Below are positions 1 to 9,848 of a stretch of DNA of 32,000 nt, piece by piece (position 1 is the stretch's first letter; each line of letters opens with the position of its first letter). Origin of the DNA: Erysipelotrichaceae bacterium MTC7 (lineage in GTDB: Bacteria > Bacillota_I > Bacilli_A > Erysipelotrichales > Erysipelotrichaceae); assembly GCA_001695645.1 (NCBI GenBank), contig LVZN01000004.1:1-32000 (forward strand). The letters run 5' to 3'. The notes beneath the pieces were generated by a model, which searched no databases, had not been told where the DNA came from, and worked only from the letters and a program-made list of their open reading frames with translations. Position numbers and translations under genes: made by a program.

Positions 1-73
1 AAGTATATCACATTCTCACGCACATTCACGTAAGGCTAATGTTTTATTAAGATATCTCTTAGCTTTATAATAC

Positions 74-99
74 GAAAAGACCTCTATCTGTAGAGATCT
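74..99 (-). terminator. Rho-independent terminator after the UPF0210 gene
   Basis: 9-bp stem 78-86 / 91-99 with loop 87-90. The single mismatch is a G-U pair only in the minus-strand RNA. It is followed on the minus strand by TCTTTTCG and starts 9 nt after the stop at 108-110. Confidence 0.6.
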
Positions 100-107
100 T
101 TACGATT

Positions 108-1466
108 TTAGTTTTTCAAACTTTGAAGTGGTGCAGGAATTTTACCTTTACGGTTAATCATAACACTACAGTCTGTTTGGTTGATTTTCATAACTGGACC
201 AGAACCCAACAATCCACCAAATTCAAGTTCATCACCAACATCTTTTCCGATTGCTGGAATTAAACGAACGGCTGTGGTTTTTGAGTTCACCATACCAATT
301 GCTGCTTCATCTGCAATGATTCCAGAAATAACGGATGCACTTGTATAACCAGGTACAACAATCATATCCAAACCAACACTACATACAGCTGTCATAGCTT
401 CCAGTTTTTCTAAGGTTAAGATTCCTTTGCGCGTTGCTTCGATCATACCAGCATCTTCACTGACAGGAATGAATGCTCCAGAAAGTCCTCCAACAGAACT
501 ACTTGCCATGACACCACCTTTTTTAACTGCATCATTTAACATCGCTAAACAAGCAGTGGTTCCATAAGCTCCACATACATCAAGACCCATTTCTTCAAGA
601 ATGTAAGCAACGGAATCCCCAACAGCTGGTGTTGGTGCCAAAGAAAGGTCAACGATTCCAAATGGTACGCCTAAACGTTCACTTGCAAGGTTTCCTACCA
701 TTTGTCCCATTCTGGTAATTTTGAATGCTGTTTTCTTAATTAAATCCGCAATTTCGTCCATTGGTAAATCCTTAGGTGCTTTTGCTAGTGCTGCACGCAC
801 AACCCCTGGACCACTAACCCCAACGTGTAACACGACATCTGCTTCTCCAACACCGTGGAAAGCTCCGGCCATGAATGGGTTATCTTCTGGTGCATTACAG
901 AATACGACAAGTTTTGCAGCTCCAATACAGTTGTTATCTTTGGTAAGTTCACTTGCTTCCACAATTTTACGTCCCATGAGTTCCACTGCATTCATATTGA
1001 TTCCCGCTTTGGTTGAACCAATGTTTACCGAAGCACATACGTGTTCTGTTTCTGCTAGCGCACGAGGAATACTTTCCATCAACTCACGATCTCCAGCTGC
1101 ACATCCTTTTTGAACAAGCGCGCTGTATCCACCAATAAAGTTAACACCAACACTTTGTGCACAACGTTCTAAGGTATGTGCATATTTCACAGGGTCTCCC
1201 CCACTCACTGCAACAAGCATGGAAATCGGTGTAACCGAAATTCTTTTATTAATAATTGGAATTCCATATTCCTTTTCAATTTGTTCTCCAACTGCCACTA
1301 AATTCTTAGCTTTCGTTGTAATCTTGTTATAGATTTTCTCACAAGATTTATCTATATCAGCATCCGCACAGTCGAGCAATGAAATCCCCATGGTAATTGT
1401 ACGAACATCAAGATCTTCTTCATTGATCATCTTAATTGTTTCTAGTATATTATCGACATTAATCAT
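108..1466 (-). CDS. UPF0210 / DUF711 PFL-family protein
   Basis: 452-aa ORF. The N-terminus [33 protein letters not shown] and overall length are typical of the UPF0210 family. SD GAGGTG lies 5 nt upstream of the ATG. It pairs with the small ACT protein immediately upstream, as is usual for this family. Confidence 0.8.
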   Translation of the reverse strand: MINVDNILETIKMINEEDLDVRTITMGISLLDCADADIDKSCEKIYNKITTKAKNLVAVGEQIEKEYGIPIINKRISVTPISMLVAVSGGDPVKYAHTLERCAQSVGVNFIGGYSALVQKGCAAGDRELMESIPRALAETEHVCASVNIGSTKAGINMNAVELMGRKIVEASELTKDNNCIGAAKLVVFCNAPEDNPFMAGAFHGVGEADVVLHVGVSGPGVVRAALAKAPKDLPMDEIADLIKKTAFKITRMGQMVGNLASERLGVPFGIVDLSLAPTPAVGDSVAYILEEMGLDVCGAYGTTACLAMLNDAVKKGGVMASSSVGGLSGAFIPVSEDAGMIEATRKGILTLEKLEAMTAVCSVGLDMIVVPGYTSASVISGIIADEAAIGMVNSKTTAVRLIPAIGKDVGDELEFGGLLGSGPVMKINQTDCSVMINRKGKIPAPLQSLKN

Positions 1467-1477
1467 AGTAGCACCTC

Positions 1478-1747
1478 TTAAATTGTATGCATTGATTTAA
1501 AGATATCTTCATGCATTACATGAATCTCTAAACCTTTGCCTTTTCCGAATGCTTCCATGTCATCAACAAATGTCGTGAATTCTGTTGCTAGTTGATCAAC
1601 TTCCACCAACATAATCATAACAAACATTTCATCCATAATCGTTTGACTTACATCTACTACATTCGCTTTTGCTTCTGCACATTTGTTTGAAACATTTGCT
1701 AAGATTCCTACTCCATCTTTACCAACTACACTTATTACTGCACGCAT
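1478..1747 (-). CDS. ACT domain-containing protein (UPF0237 family)
   Basis: The ORF track gives 1478..1771. I trim to the internal ATG at 1745-1747 ([20 protein letters not shown]...) because a strong SD GAGGAGG sits 6-7 nt upstream of it. The ~89-aa size and the GxGIxA ACT motif fit UPF0237. Confidence 0.8.
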   Translation of the reverse strand: MRAVISVVGKDGVGILANVSNKCAEAKANVVDVSQTIMDEMFVMIMLVEVDQLATEFTTFVDDMEAFGKGKGLEIHVMHEDIFKSMHTI

Positions 1748-1805
1748 AACTTTTCCTCCTCTTACAAACAATTGTATTCATGTTATGAACACTTTCATTT
1801 TACCT

Positions 1806-1834
1806 ATTATATGAAATATACACAAGAAACACAA
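1806..1834 (-). promoter_or_regulatory. Candidate sigma-A promoter for the ACT/UPF0210 operon
   Basis: Minus strand reads TTGTGT (1829-1834), a 17-nt spacer, then TATAAT (1806-1811), about 58 nt upstream of the ACT start codon. Confidence 0.4.
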
Positions 1835-1839
1835 TAAAT

Positions 1840-2607
1840 TTATGACTCACTTTCTTCATTTGATTTATATTCTAAGTATTTTAGAAACAACATATTGGAA
1901 ATCAAAAAGAAGTGTCCAGTAATACTATACTCGATATCAAAGTAGCCAGTTGGAAAATCACTAGCTTGAAATGTCAGCAAATAATCACTATGCTGTTGTA
2001 CATATCCATTTCCATCCTTACAAATACCAAGAATTGGAATGTGCATACGCTTTAGATATTTCATGAGATTTGTAGCAACTTCGTGATCTCCAGAATAGGA
2101 AATCACGATAAAGAAATCTTGTTCCGTGACATATTTTAGTAATGTATCTAACTCATCATGCCCTTCTGTTACATGCATAACCTTCTGCCGATACGCGAAC
2201 TCCCGTTTTAGTTCCATTGCAACATTTTGTTGGACCGTTCCAGTTGCATAAATAAAAATCCGTTTGGCTTGATCCAACTTGGCAAGGCAGGCATCCAAAT
2301 CCACATGCTTCATCCGTTGTAAGGTATCATTAAATTCTATAATGCTTTTATCAATAATCGCAGGATCAAATGTGGATTCATCATTCAGTTCCCATTTGAT
2401 GCGAAACTTCAGTTCACTATAACCTTCCAATCCCAACTTTTTGGTAAAACTTAAAATGCGTGTATGCGAAAGATTGCATACTTGGGCAAGTTCCAACACA
2501 CTCATTTTTTGACATTGGCGTTTGTGATGATAAATGTATTGCCAAATGTACAAATCGGTTTCATTTAAACTGTCGTATTTTTGACTGACAAGCTCTTCTA
2601 ATCGCAT
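1840..2607 (-). CDS. MurR/RpiR family transcriptional regulator (HTH_6 + SIS), paralogue 2
   Basis: 255 aa. N-terminal RpiR HTH (LSVLELAQVCNLSHTRILSFTKKLGLEGYSELKF) and a C-terminal SIS-like domain. The start overlaps the stop of the upstream paralogue by 10 nt. Confidence 0.85.
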   Translation of the reverse strand: MRLEELVSQKYDSLNETDLYIWQYIYHHKRQCQKMSVLELAQVCNLSHTRILSFTKKLGLEGYSELKFRIKWELNDESTFDPAIIDKSIIEFNDTLQRMKHVDLDACLAKLDQAKRIFIYATGTVQQNVAMELKREFAYRQKVMHVTEGHDELDTLLKYVTEQDFFIVISYSGDHEVATNLMKYLKRMHIPILGICKDGNGYVQQHSDYLLTFQASDFPTGYFDIEYSITGHFFLISNMLFLKYLEYKSNEESES

Positions 2608-3362
2608 AGGTCTGCCTCATTTTCTTTCATTTGCATATAACTCATTAAGATATAATCAATCAAGATGTAGTAGTTCACCAACGAACCATAACGTGCCCCA
2701 CATGGATTGTCCACATCGGCGACATTCACATATAAACAATACTCAGCAACATGAGTTAAGGAATTATCCTTATTGACGCTTATGGATAGCATCGGAATGT
2801 TGTTGATTTTTAGTTGTCTAGCAAATTCTAGAACGCGTCTAGTTTCTCCAGAATACGTTACGATCACAACCAAGTCATCTGGATGAAACAGTTGAAAAAA
2901 CGAATCGACATCTCCATAACTGTCGATATGAAAGAACAGTTTGTTCACATTTAAGAACGAACGTTTGAGTTCTTTAGCAACGCTATCTTGCACATTACCC
3001 GTACTAAACACATACAAGTTACTCGCTTTTTCTATAGCTTGCACAATGGGTGTTAAGTTTAACGTCTGCAAGTACTCCATATAATCGTCATACACTTGAA
3101 ACAAGCGTTGTTGTCGCTCATGCTTTTCTTCAACTTCATTGCATTCCATCGCCAATAATACCTTTAGTTCACTGTATCCCTTGCAACCAAGCTTTTTGGC
3201 AAAACGCAAAATGGTCGTACGTGATACATTGCACCGTTTGGCCAATTGCTCAATGGATAAATTGACACAAGCACTTTGATTTTTCGAAATCACCTGCCAG
3301 ATGTATAAATCATTTTCATTTAAAGATTGGTAATTCGCATTTACTCGATCAAATAATTTCAT
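2598..3362 (-). CDS. MurR/RpiR family transcriptional regulator (HTH_6 + SIS), paralogue 1
   Basis: 254 aa. HTH IEQLAKRCNVSRTTILRFAKKLGCKGYSELKV and a SIS-like C-terminus. SD GAGGATGG lies upstream of the ATG at 3362. Confidence 0.85.
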   Translation of the reverse strand: MKLFDRVNANYQSLNENDLYIWQVISKNQSACVNLSIEQLAKRCNVSRTTILRFAKKLGCKGYSELKVLLAMECNEVEEKHERQQRLFQVYDDYMEYLQTLNLTPIVQAIEKASNLYVFSTGNVQDSVAKELKRSFLNVNKLFFHIDSYGDVDSFFQLFHPDDLVVIVTYSGETRRVLEFARQLKINNIPMLSISVNKDNSLTHVAEYCLYVNVADVDNPCGARYGSLVNYYILIDYILMSYMQMKENEADLCD

Positions 3363-3416
3363 GGTTCCATCCTCTATAATTTAACTTTATCGTACCATTC
3401 ACATCTTGTCTACTAT

Positions 3417-3446
3417 GTAAAAGAAGTGTCAACTGATGTTGACACT
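3417..3446 (-). terminator. Rho-independent terminator of the alpha-glucoside PTS operon
   Basis: Perfect 9-bp stem AGTGTCAAC (3425-3433) / GTTGACACT (3438-3446) with a 4-nt loop, followed on the minus strand by TCTTTTAC. It starts 5 nt after the EIIA stop codon. Confidence 0.7.
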
Positions 3447-3451
3447 CACAA

Positions 3452-3921
3452 TTACTTATACTCCAAAATGATATCCTGATTCGCTTTGACAACTTTTGTA
3501 TGATATTTGCTTACTCGATGCTTATTGTCATCGACAATGACGAGCATCACTATTTCTTGCAATTGATTTTCTTTAAAGTAATCAAGATCAAAACTGATCA
3601 AAGGGTCTCCTGCATAAACATGGTCTTGCGTTTTTACATGACGTTGAAACACACTTGATTCACACGCATAGGTATCCAAACCAATGTGAATTAGCATCTC
3701 TACTCCATCGTCATTGATAAAGCCAATGGCGTGTTTGCTTTCATCATTTGCTAATGTGATGCGTCCATCACAAGGTGCCACAACCATTCCCGTTGTAGGT
3801 TTGATGGCAATGCCATCACCCATCATTTTTTGTGAAAATACATCATCTGGAACGCGCTCTAACGTTATGCTTTCACCATCCATAAAAGCAACGAGCGCTT
3901 TTTGTTTTTTCTTGAAAAACA

Positions 3922-3922
<1 letters not shown>
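3452..3922 (-). CDS. PTS glucose-family EIIA component (EIIA-Glc type)
   Basis: 156 aa with the two-His EIIA-Glc signature (SKHAIGF ... EMLIHIGLDT) and GDGIAIKP. The start overlaps the GH4 stop (TAATG). Confidence 0.85.
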
Positions 3923-5265
<1,343 letters not shown>

Positions 5266-5736
5266 TTACATGATTTTTATCGATGCATAGAAACATAGAA
5301 CACTTAATGCTAAAATCATAGCATTTGCAGCGAAATAGCTTTGCGCATCTTTATTCTTAATAATATTTCCTAGTTTAAATGAAATTGGTTTGTCATAGCG
5401 ATATGTTTGTACACCTAGAAATACTAAGATACAAACATAAAACAAATTACCTAGTAATAATTGAGCAACAACTAAACCAACTAAACTAAACAGGATTGAA
5501 CTTGTCTCTTTAGACTTTAAATTTTTCTTGAAGTTATGTAGTTGATAAGCAATAAATGGATTTATGATAGCCGCTAAAAACGAAATAGCAACTGCAGCAT
5601 CTTGCTCTAACAAACCTTGTAAATCAAGATTAGATCCAATCAATTTATATGAAACTTGAATGTAAAACATAATTGGTGTCATACACAATAGAACTTGTGC
5701 CATTGAATACCATTTCTTAAGTTTAGTAGTTTTCAT
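5266..5736 (-). CDS. Hypothetical integral membrane protein (4-5 predicted TM segments) embedded in the alpha-glucoside PTS operon
   Basis: 156-aa ORF with four to five long hydrophobic stretches. It is tightly packed: 15 nt after the EIICB stop and 15 nt before the GH4 start. I recognise no family. Confidence 0.6.
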   Translation of the reverse strand: MKTTKLKKWYSMAQVLLCMTPIMFYIQVSYKLIGSNLDLQGLLEQDAAVAISFLAAIINPFIAYQLHNFKKNLKSKETSSILFSLVGLVVAQLLLGNLFYVCILVFLGVQTYRYDKPISFKLGNIIKNKDAQSYFAANAMILALSVLCFYASIKIM

Positions 5737-5751
5737 GCATCCTCCTATATT

Positions 5752-7326
5752 TTAAACAGTTAGTAATTGTTCAAAGTCATCACGAACACGAGCAACACTC
5801 AACCCAACAATAACTTGCATTGACTTTCCATTTGCAGAAAGACCGTGTGCTCCTATTTCTTTAAAGTATTTATCATTTTTTACTATTGTTTCATCCTTAA
5901 CGTTAACTCGTAATCTTGTTGCACAGTTAGTTACATCTTCAATATTTTCAGCTCCACCTAAGCCATCTAAAATCATTTGTGCATACGCTAAATCCTTATT
6001 TGTGATGCCTCCATTAGCGTTTTTCTCTCTAAACTCTTTTTTAGAATAGAATTTAACATCTTCATCTTCTTCAATTTCTCTTCCTGGAGTAGCAAAGTTA
6101 AATTTTAAGATCAGTGTTCTAAACACCACAAAGTAGATACCTGTAAATGCAATACCTATTACAAATTGAATCAAGTATGTCATCCAGTGTGAACTCATTA
6201 GTGGAATCCAGTTCAAGGCAGCACATTCAATTGCCCCTCCAGCAAAGATCCCCACAACTCCTGCCATATAACTCACTGTTGCAAGTGTTGCAGCTAAGAT
6301 GCAGTGCACAACATATAATCCAGGTGCAATAAATAAGAATGTAAATTCAATAGGCTCTGTAACTCCACACATAACTGCAGTTAATGTGATTGGAACCAAC
6401 AATCCTAAAACACGTTTTTTCTTTTCTGATTTAGCTGTCGCATAGAATGCTAATGCAATTCCTGGACATCCAAACATTTTAGATAAACCAGTTAATGTAA
6501 ATCCAAACTCAGGTGCTAATGATTTTAATGAATCACTTGATGCGGCTAAGGTTGGCAACATGTTTGCCCATGCAGAATACAATCCACCAGTAACTACTGC
6601 ATTATCGTAGAAGAATGGTGAGTAAAGCAAATGGTGAAGTCCAAATGGAATTAGTAATCTTTCTAAGAAAATAAATACCCAAACCCCCACATTACCAGTT
6701 GTCACAATGAATCCTTGGAAAGCTGTCATTCCTCCTTGAACAAGAGGCCATACAAATGCAGATAGAATTGCGACTGGAATCATCACAAAGAATCCAATCA
6801 TTACCACAAATGTAGAACCGCTAAACGTTCCTAACCATTCAGGAAGTTTTGTATCATAGAAACGATTGTGAATATAAATTGAAATCCCAGAAATCATAAG
6901 TGCTCCAATCATCCCCATATCTAAGGTTTTGATATTAGCAATTAGTGTTAGTCCACTTGTTCCTCCAACATCTTGTGAGAAATCAACTCCAAAGTTGCCT
7001 CCCCATTGTGCAAGAATTGTACTTAAGAAATAATGGAATGTAAGGAATAACACTAACGATTCCATACAAGCTCTTGCATTTTGTTTTTTCGCAAGACCAA
7101 TTGGTAGACTTACGGCAAACAGTAATGGTAGTTGATTGAATACCGTCCATCCTCCTTGTAAAATGATATTCCAACACTGGTACCAAAAATGTGTTGGTTT
7201 TGCCATCGCCCCCATAATGGCTTCTGTAGTGAACAATGTCCCCACACCAATACAAATCCCCGCAAAGGCGAAGAGCAGTACTGGCGTAAACATCGCGCCA
7301 CCAAATCTCTGAATTTTTTGCATCAT
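5752..7326 (-). CDS. PTS alpha-glucoside/maltose-type EIICB component
   Basis: The ORF track extends to 7440. I start at the MMQKIQRFGGAMF ATG (7324-7326), preceded by SD GGGGG about 8 nt upstream. There is a glucose-family EIIC N-terminal membrane domain. The C-terminal EIIB domain carries the phospho-Cys motif VTNCATRLRV. Confidence 0.9.
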   Translation of the reverse strand: MMQKIQRFGGAMFTPVLLFAFAGICIGVGTLFTTEAIMGAMAKPTHFWYQCWNIILQGGWTVFNQLPLLFAVSLPIGLAKKQNARACMESLVLFLTFHYFLSTILAQWGGNFGVDFSQDVGGTSGLTLIANIKTLDMGMIGALMISGISIYIHNRFYDTKLPEWLGTFSGSTFVVMIGFFVMIPVAILSAFVWPLVQGGMTAFQGFIVTTGNVGVWVFIFLERLLIPFGLHHLLYSPFFYDNAVVTGGLYSAWANMLPTLAASSDSLKSLAPEFGFTLTGLSKMFGCPGIALAFYATAKSEKKKRVLGLLVPITLTAVMCGVTEPIEFTFLFIAPGLYVVHCILAATLATVSYMAGVVGIFAGGAIECAALNWIPLMSSHWMTYLIQFVIGIAFTGIYFVVFRTLILKFNFATPGREIEEDEDVKFYSKKEFREKNANGGITNKDLAYAQMILDGLGGAENIEDVTNCATRLRVNVKDETIVKNDKYFKEIGAHGLSANGKSMQVIVGLSVARVRDDFEQLLTV

Positions 7327-7429
7327 AACATTTGCCCCCTTTTCAAAACAATCTCTAAGCTTGTTGCTTGATACATTCACATCATAACACCCGAAAAACC
7401 AGACACAATAGCTTGTCCACTTTTGGGGA

Positions 7430-7459
7430 AGTATGCACATTTTTTTACGATTGTCTCAA
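7430..7459 (-). promoter_or_regulatory. Candidate promoter of the alpha-glucoside PTS operon
   Basis: Minus strand reads TTGAGA (7454-7459), an 18-nt spacer, then CATACT (7430-7435). This would give a leader of about 100 nt. A GTGAA-N2-TTCAC inverted repeat lies just upstream at 7463-7474. Weakly supported. Confidence 0.25.
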
Positions 7460-7581
7460 AGTCGTGAATTTTCACAAATGCGATAAATAAAGGAGAAAAC
7501 GCTATAATACAAAGCAAGGTATCCTGTTTTATAAATATAAGACTTACCAAAGTTTTACACTCCATTTACACAGTTCATACC

Positions 7582-7596
7582 TTGCAATCGATGCAA
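7582..7596. promoter_or_regulatory. Candidate cre (CcpA) site upstream of the alpha-glucoside PTS operon
   Basis: TTGCAATCGATGCAA matches the cre consensus WTGNAANCGNWNNCW at 14 of 15 positions (mismatch at position 14). Confidence 0.3.
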
Positions 7597-7621
7597 AGAA
7601 AAAGCAACCGTATTTGGTTGC
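7596..7621 (-). terminator. Second (distal) terminator after the transketolase genes
   Basis: GCAACC (7604-7609) / GGTTGC (7616-7621) stem with a 6-nt loop, followed on the minus strand by TTTTTCTT. Confidence 0.5.
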
Positions 7622-7626
7622 TATAT

Positions 7627-7656
7627 AAAAAAACAACCATATGCGGTTGCTTTTTT
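7627..7656. terminator. Proximal, bidirectional-looking terminator after the transketolase genes
   Basis: CAACC (7634-7638) / GGTTG (7645-7649) stem with a 6-nt loop. It is flanked by A7 (7627-7633) and T6 (7651-7656). The minus-strand RNA reads GCAACC-GCAUAU-GGUUGU followed by U7. Confidence 0.6.
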
Positions 7657-7699
7657 ATATATCACTCATAAACCAAGCAAGGAAATCGTTTTGGATATC

Positions 7700-8659
7700 C
7701 TAAACAATAGTTAATTCTTTTATTTTTTGTTTGATGTCTTCTTTGGTTAAACCAAATTCCTTTTGCAAGAAATCTTGTGATCCCACTTGACCAAACAATT
7801 CATGAACCCCTACACGAGTTAACGGAATCGCCATCGCTTTTTCTGCTACAACTTCAGCAACTGCACTTCCCAGTCCTCCAGTGATGGAATGATTTTCAAA
7901 TACAACGATGTGTTTTTTACCTTGACTATGTTTCAAGATAGCATCAACATCCAATGGTTTGATGGTAAACATATCCATGACTTCGACATCAATACCTTCA
8001 CTTGCAAGTTCATTTGCGGCTTGTAAGGCTTCACTTACAAGTTGACCCGCACTAAGTAATAGCACATCATCACCTTCACGCAAGATGTTTGCTTTACCAA
8101 GTGTAAAGGTTGAATCTTTTGCGTATAGGTTTTTTACGCCTTTACGGTTTCCACGCACGTAGTGAATTCCTTCTAGTTTGGCAAATTCTTTAATGATCCA
8201 ATCCATTTGCACATCATCCGCAGCATCACATACCACAGCATTGGGAATCGTGCGCATCAATGCAACATCTTCCCACGTTGTGTGAGTTCCACCATTTGGA
8301 CCCGCCGTAAAACCTGGATCAGAACCATAAATATTGATGGTGTTGTATGCATATGCACCTGATAAATACACTTGGTCAAAAACGCGACGTGTCGCAAATG
8401 GACCAAACGTATGAATGAATGGTACGAAGCCTGTCGCGCTCAATCCTGCTGCAACACCAACCATATTCGCTTCAGCAATCCCGACGTTAATGAAGCGGTC
8501 CGGGTTTGTTTTTTGGATGTTTGTCCATCCACTAGCTCCCCCTAAGTCTGCTTCAAGGGCAACTACTTTATCATTTTCTTTCATGAGATCTTGCAAAGCA
8601 TGAACGACGGACATTCGCATTTCTTGCGTATCATCACGATTTACATCTAAACGAAACAT
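7700..8659 (-). CDS. Transketolase, C-terminal (pyrimidine-binding + C-terminal domain) subunit
   Basis: 319 aa, typical of split transketolase subunit B (FINVGIAEANMVGVAAGLS, FHTFGPFATRR). The start overlaps the stop of the N-terminal subunit gene by 1 nt. Confidence 0.9.
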   Translation of the reverse strand: MFRLDVNRDDTQEMRMSVVHALQDLMKENDKVVALEADLGGASGWTNIQKTNPDRFINVGIAEANMVGVAAGLSATGFVPFIHTFGPFATRRVFDQVYLSGAYAYNTINIYGSDPGFTAGPNGGTHTTWEDVALMRTIPNAVVCDAADDVQMDWIIKEFAKLEGIHYVRGNRKGVKNLYAKDSTFTLGKANILREGDDVLLLSAGQLVSEALQAANELASEGIDVEVMDMFTIKPLDVDAILKHSQGKKHIVVFENHSITGGLGSAVAEVVAEKAMAIPLTRVGVHELFGQVGSQDFLQKEFGLTKEDIKQKIKELTIV

Positions 8660-9513
8660 TAGGCACCCTCCTTTGCAATAAACGCTTCAAGTGACGTGAT
8701 CGCTTCACTTGTGGCTTGCTTAATTTCATCGGTGTTAAATTTCACCGAGTGATTTGCTTCTAGTTTTTCAAAGAATGGAACACCTTGACCTTTTATCGTA
8801 TCAAGTACGATACAAATTGCTTGGTCTTTCACATCAAAGCTTAGTTCGATGGCGTCAATAATTGCTTTTTCATTTGCCCCATCTACAGTTACTGTATGAA
8901 AACCAAAGGCTTTCATTTTCGCCTCAATATCAAATGGGTTACAAATATCACTTACATAACCATCCAACTGACGCTTGTTGTTGTCAATAAACACAAGACA
9001 GTTGTTTAACTTGTTGTGTGCAATGTATTGGAATGCTTCCCAACATTGTCCTTCGTTGAGTTCACCATCACCCACGATTAAGTAAACTTTTTGATCTGTA
9101 CCTTTTAGCTTGAAGCCAGTTGCAATTCCCGCTGCACTACTTGTTCCTTGACCTAGTGAACCTGTTGTCATGTCTACCCCAGGAGTTTTTGTACGGTCAG
9201 GATGAGAAGGCAGTTTTGTGCCCCCAGCATTTAAGGTATACAACATTTCTTTATCGAAGAACCCGCGGTTTGCCAGCGTTGCATAAAGTGCAGGACCCGC
9301 ATGTCCTTTGGATAAGACAAGCATGTCTCGTTTGTCCCAGGTTGGATGACTTGCATCATAACGCATGTATTTTCCATATAGCACACTTAGAACTTCTACG
9401 ATTGACATCGAACCCCCAAGGTGTCCATAACCTAATGAAGATAACATCTTCAGAATATCCAAACGAATATTGGCTGATAACACTTGTAAATCTTTTACTT
9501 CATTTGTCTTCAT
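8659..9513 (-). CDS. Transketolase, N-terminal (TPP-binding) subunit
   Basis: 284 aa with GHLGGSMSIVEVLSVLY, SKGHAGPALYA, GSLGQG and GDGELNEGQ motifs. It starts 9 nt downstream of the EIIB gene. Confidence 0.9.
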   Translation of the reverse strand: MKTNEVKDLQVLSANIRLDILKMLSSLGYGHLGGSMSIVEVLSVLYGKYMRYDASHPTWDKRDMLVLSKGHAGPALYATLANRGFFDKEMLYTLNAGGTKLPSHPDRTKTPGVDMTTGSLGQGTSSAAGIATGFKLKGTDQKVYLIVGDGELNEGQCWEAFQYIAHNKLNNCLVFIDNNKRQLDGYVSDICNPFDIEAKMKAFGFHTVTVDGANEKAIIDAIELSFDVKDQAICIVLDTIKGQGVPFFEKLEANHSVKFNTDEIKQATSEAITSLEAFIAKEGA

Positions 9514-9522
9514 CTATACCCC

Positions 9523-9807
9523 TTATTTCTTTAATTCAGCATCGAGTTTCGTTTCAAGTTCGTTCATATCCATGATGTTATCAAGTACGATAACTCTTGG
9601 TAATTGAGAAACAAACTGTTCTAAATCTTTTCCCACAACGAATAAATCTGCTGCATTTTCCGTTGCATCACTAACTGATGAATGCGTTACATCAATTCCT
9701 TGGTAATCCAGTTTTTTTAATGTCTTTTCCACATTCATACGAACAAGCATACTTGAACCTAAACCAGATCCACAGCAGCACATGATTCTTTTTACTTCCA
9801 TTTTCAT
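9523..9807 (-). CDS. PTS ascorbate-family EIIB component (UlaB/SgaB-like)
   Basis: About 92-94 aa with the N-terminal phospho-Cys motif IMCCCGSGLGSSML. SD GGAGG is only 2 nt from the ATG at 9807 but 8 nt from the in-frame ATG at 9799-9801, so the real start may be 9801. Confidence 0.85.
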   Translation of the reverse strand: MKMEVKRIMCCCGSGLGSSMLVRMNVEKTLKKLDYQGIDVTHSSVSDATENAADLFVVGKDLEQFVSQLPRVIVLDNIMDMNELETKLDAELKK

Positions 9808-9848
9808 ATCCTCCTTCTATCTTTCGATATGGTATTTGACAACAGGGA

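Noticed and set aside
7381-7430. Imperfect long stem (CCCCAAAAGTGGACA ... TGTCTGGTTTTTCGGG on the minus strand) in the alpha-glucoside operon leader, considered as a riboswitch or attenuator.
   Set aside because: The pairing needs several mismatches and bulges. There is no clear terminator/antiterminator alternative and no recognisable riboswitch core. It cannot be supported without folding calculations.
7327-7440. 5' extensions of several track ORFs, which could suggest longer proteins or gene fusions: 5752..7440, 9889..11430, 11294..11827, 1478..1771, 31064..31999.
   Set aside because: In each case an internal ATG with a strong SD (GGAGG/GGGGG) at proper spacing gives an N-terminus typical of the family. 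The extensions are unlike the family, and for 9889..11430 the extension overlaps the preceding gene.
7377-7565. 62-aa minus-strand ORF in the leader/promoter region of the alpha-glucoside PTS operon.
   Set aside because: There is no SD before its ATG. The sequence is hydrophobic and AT-driven, and it overlaps the region where the promoter must lie. It is most likely non-coding.
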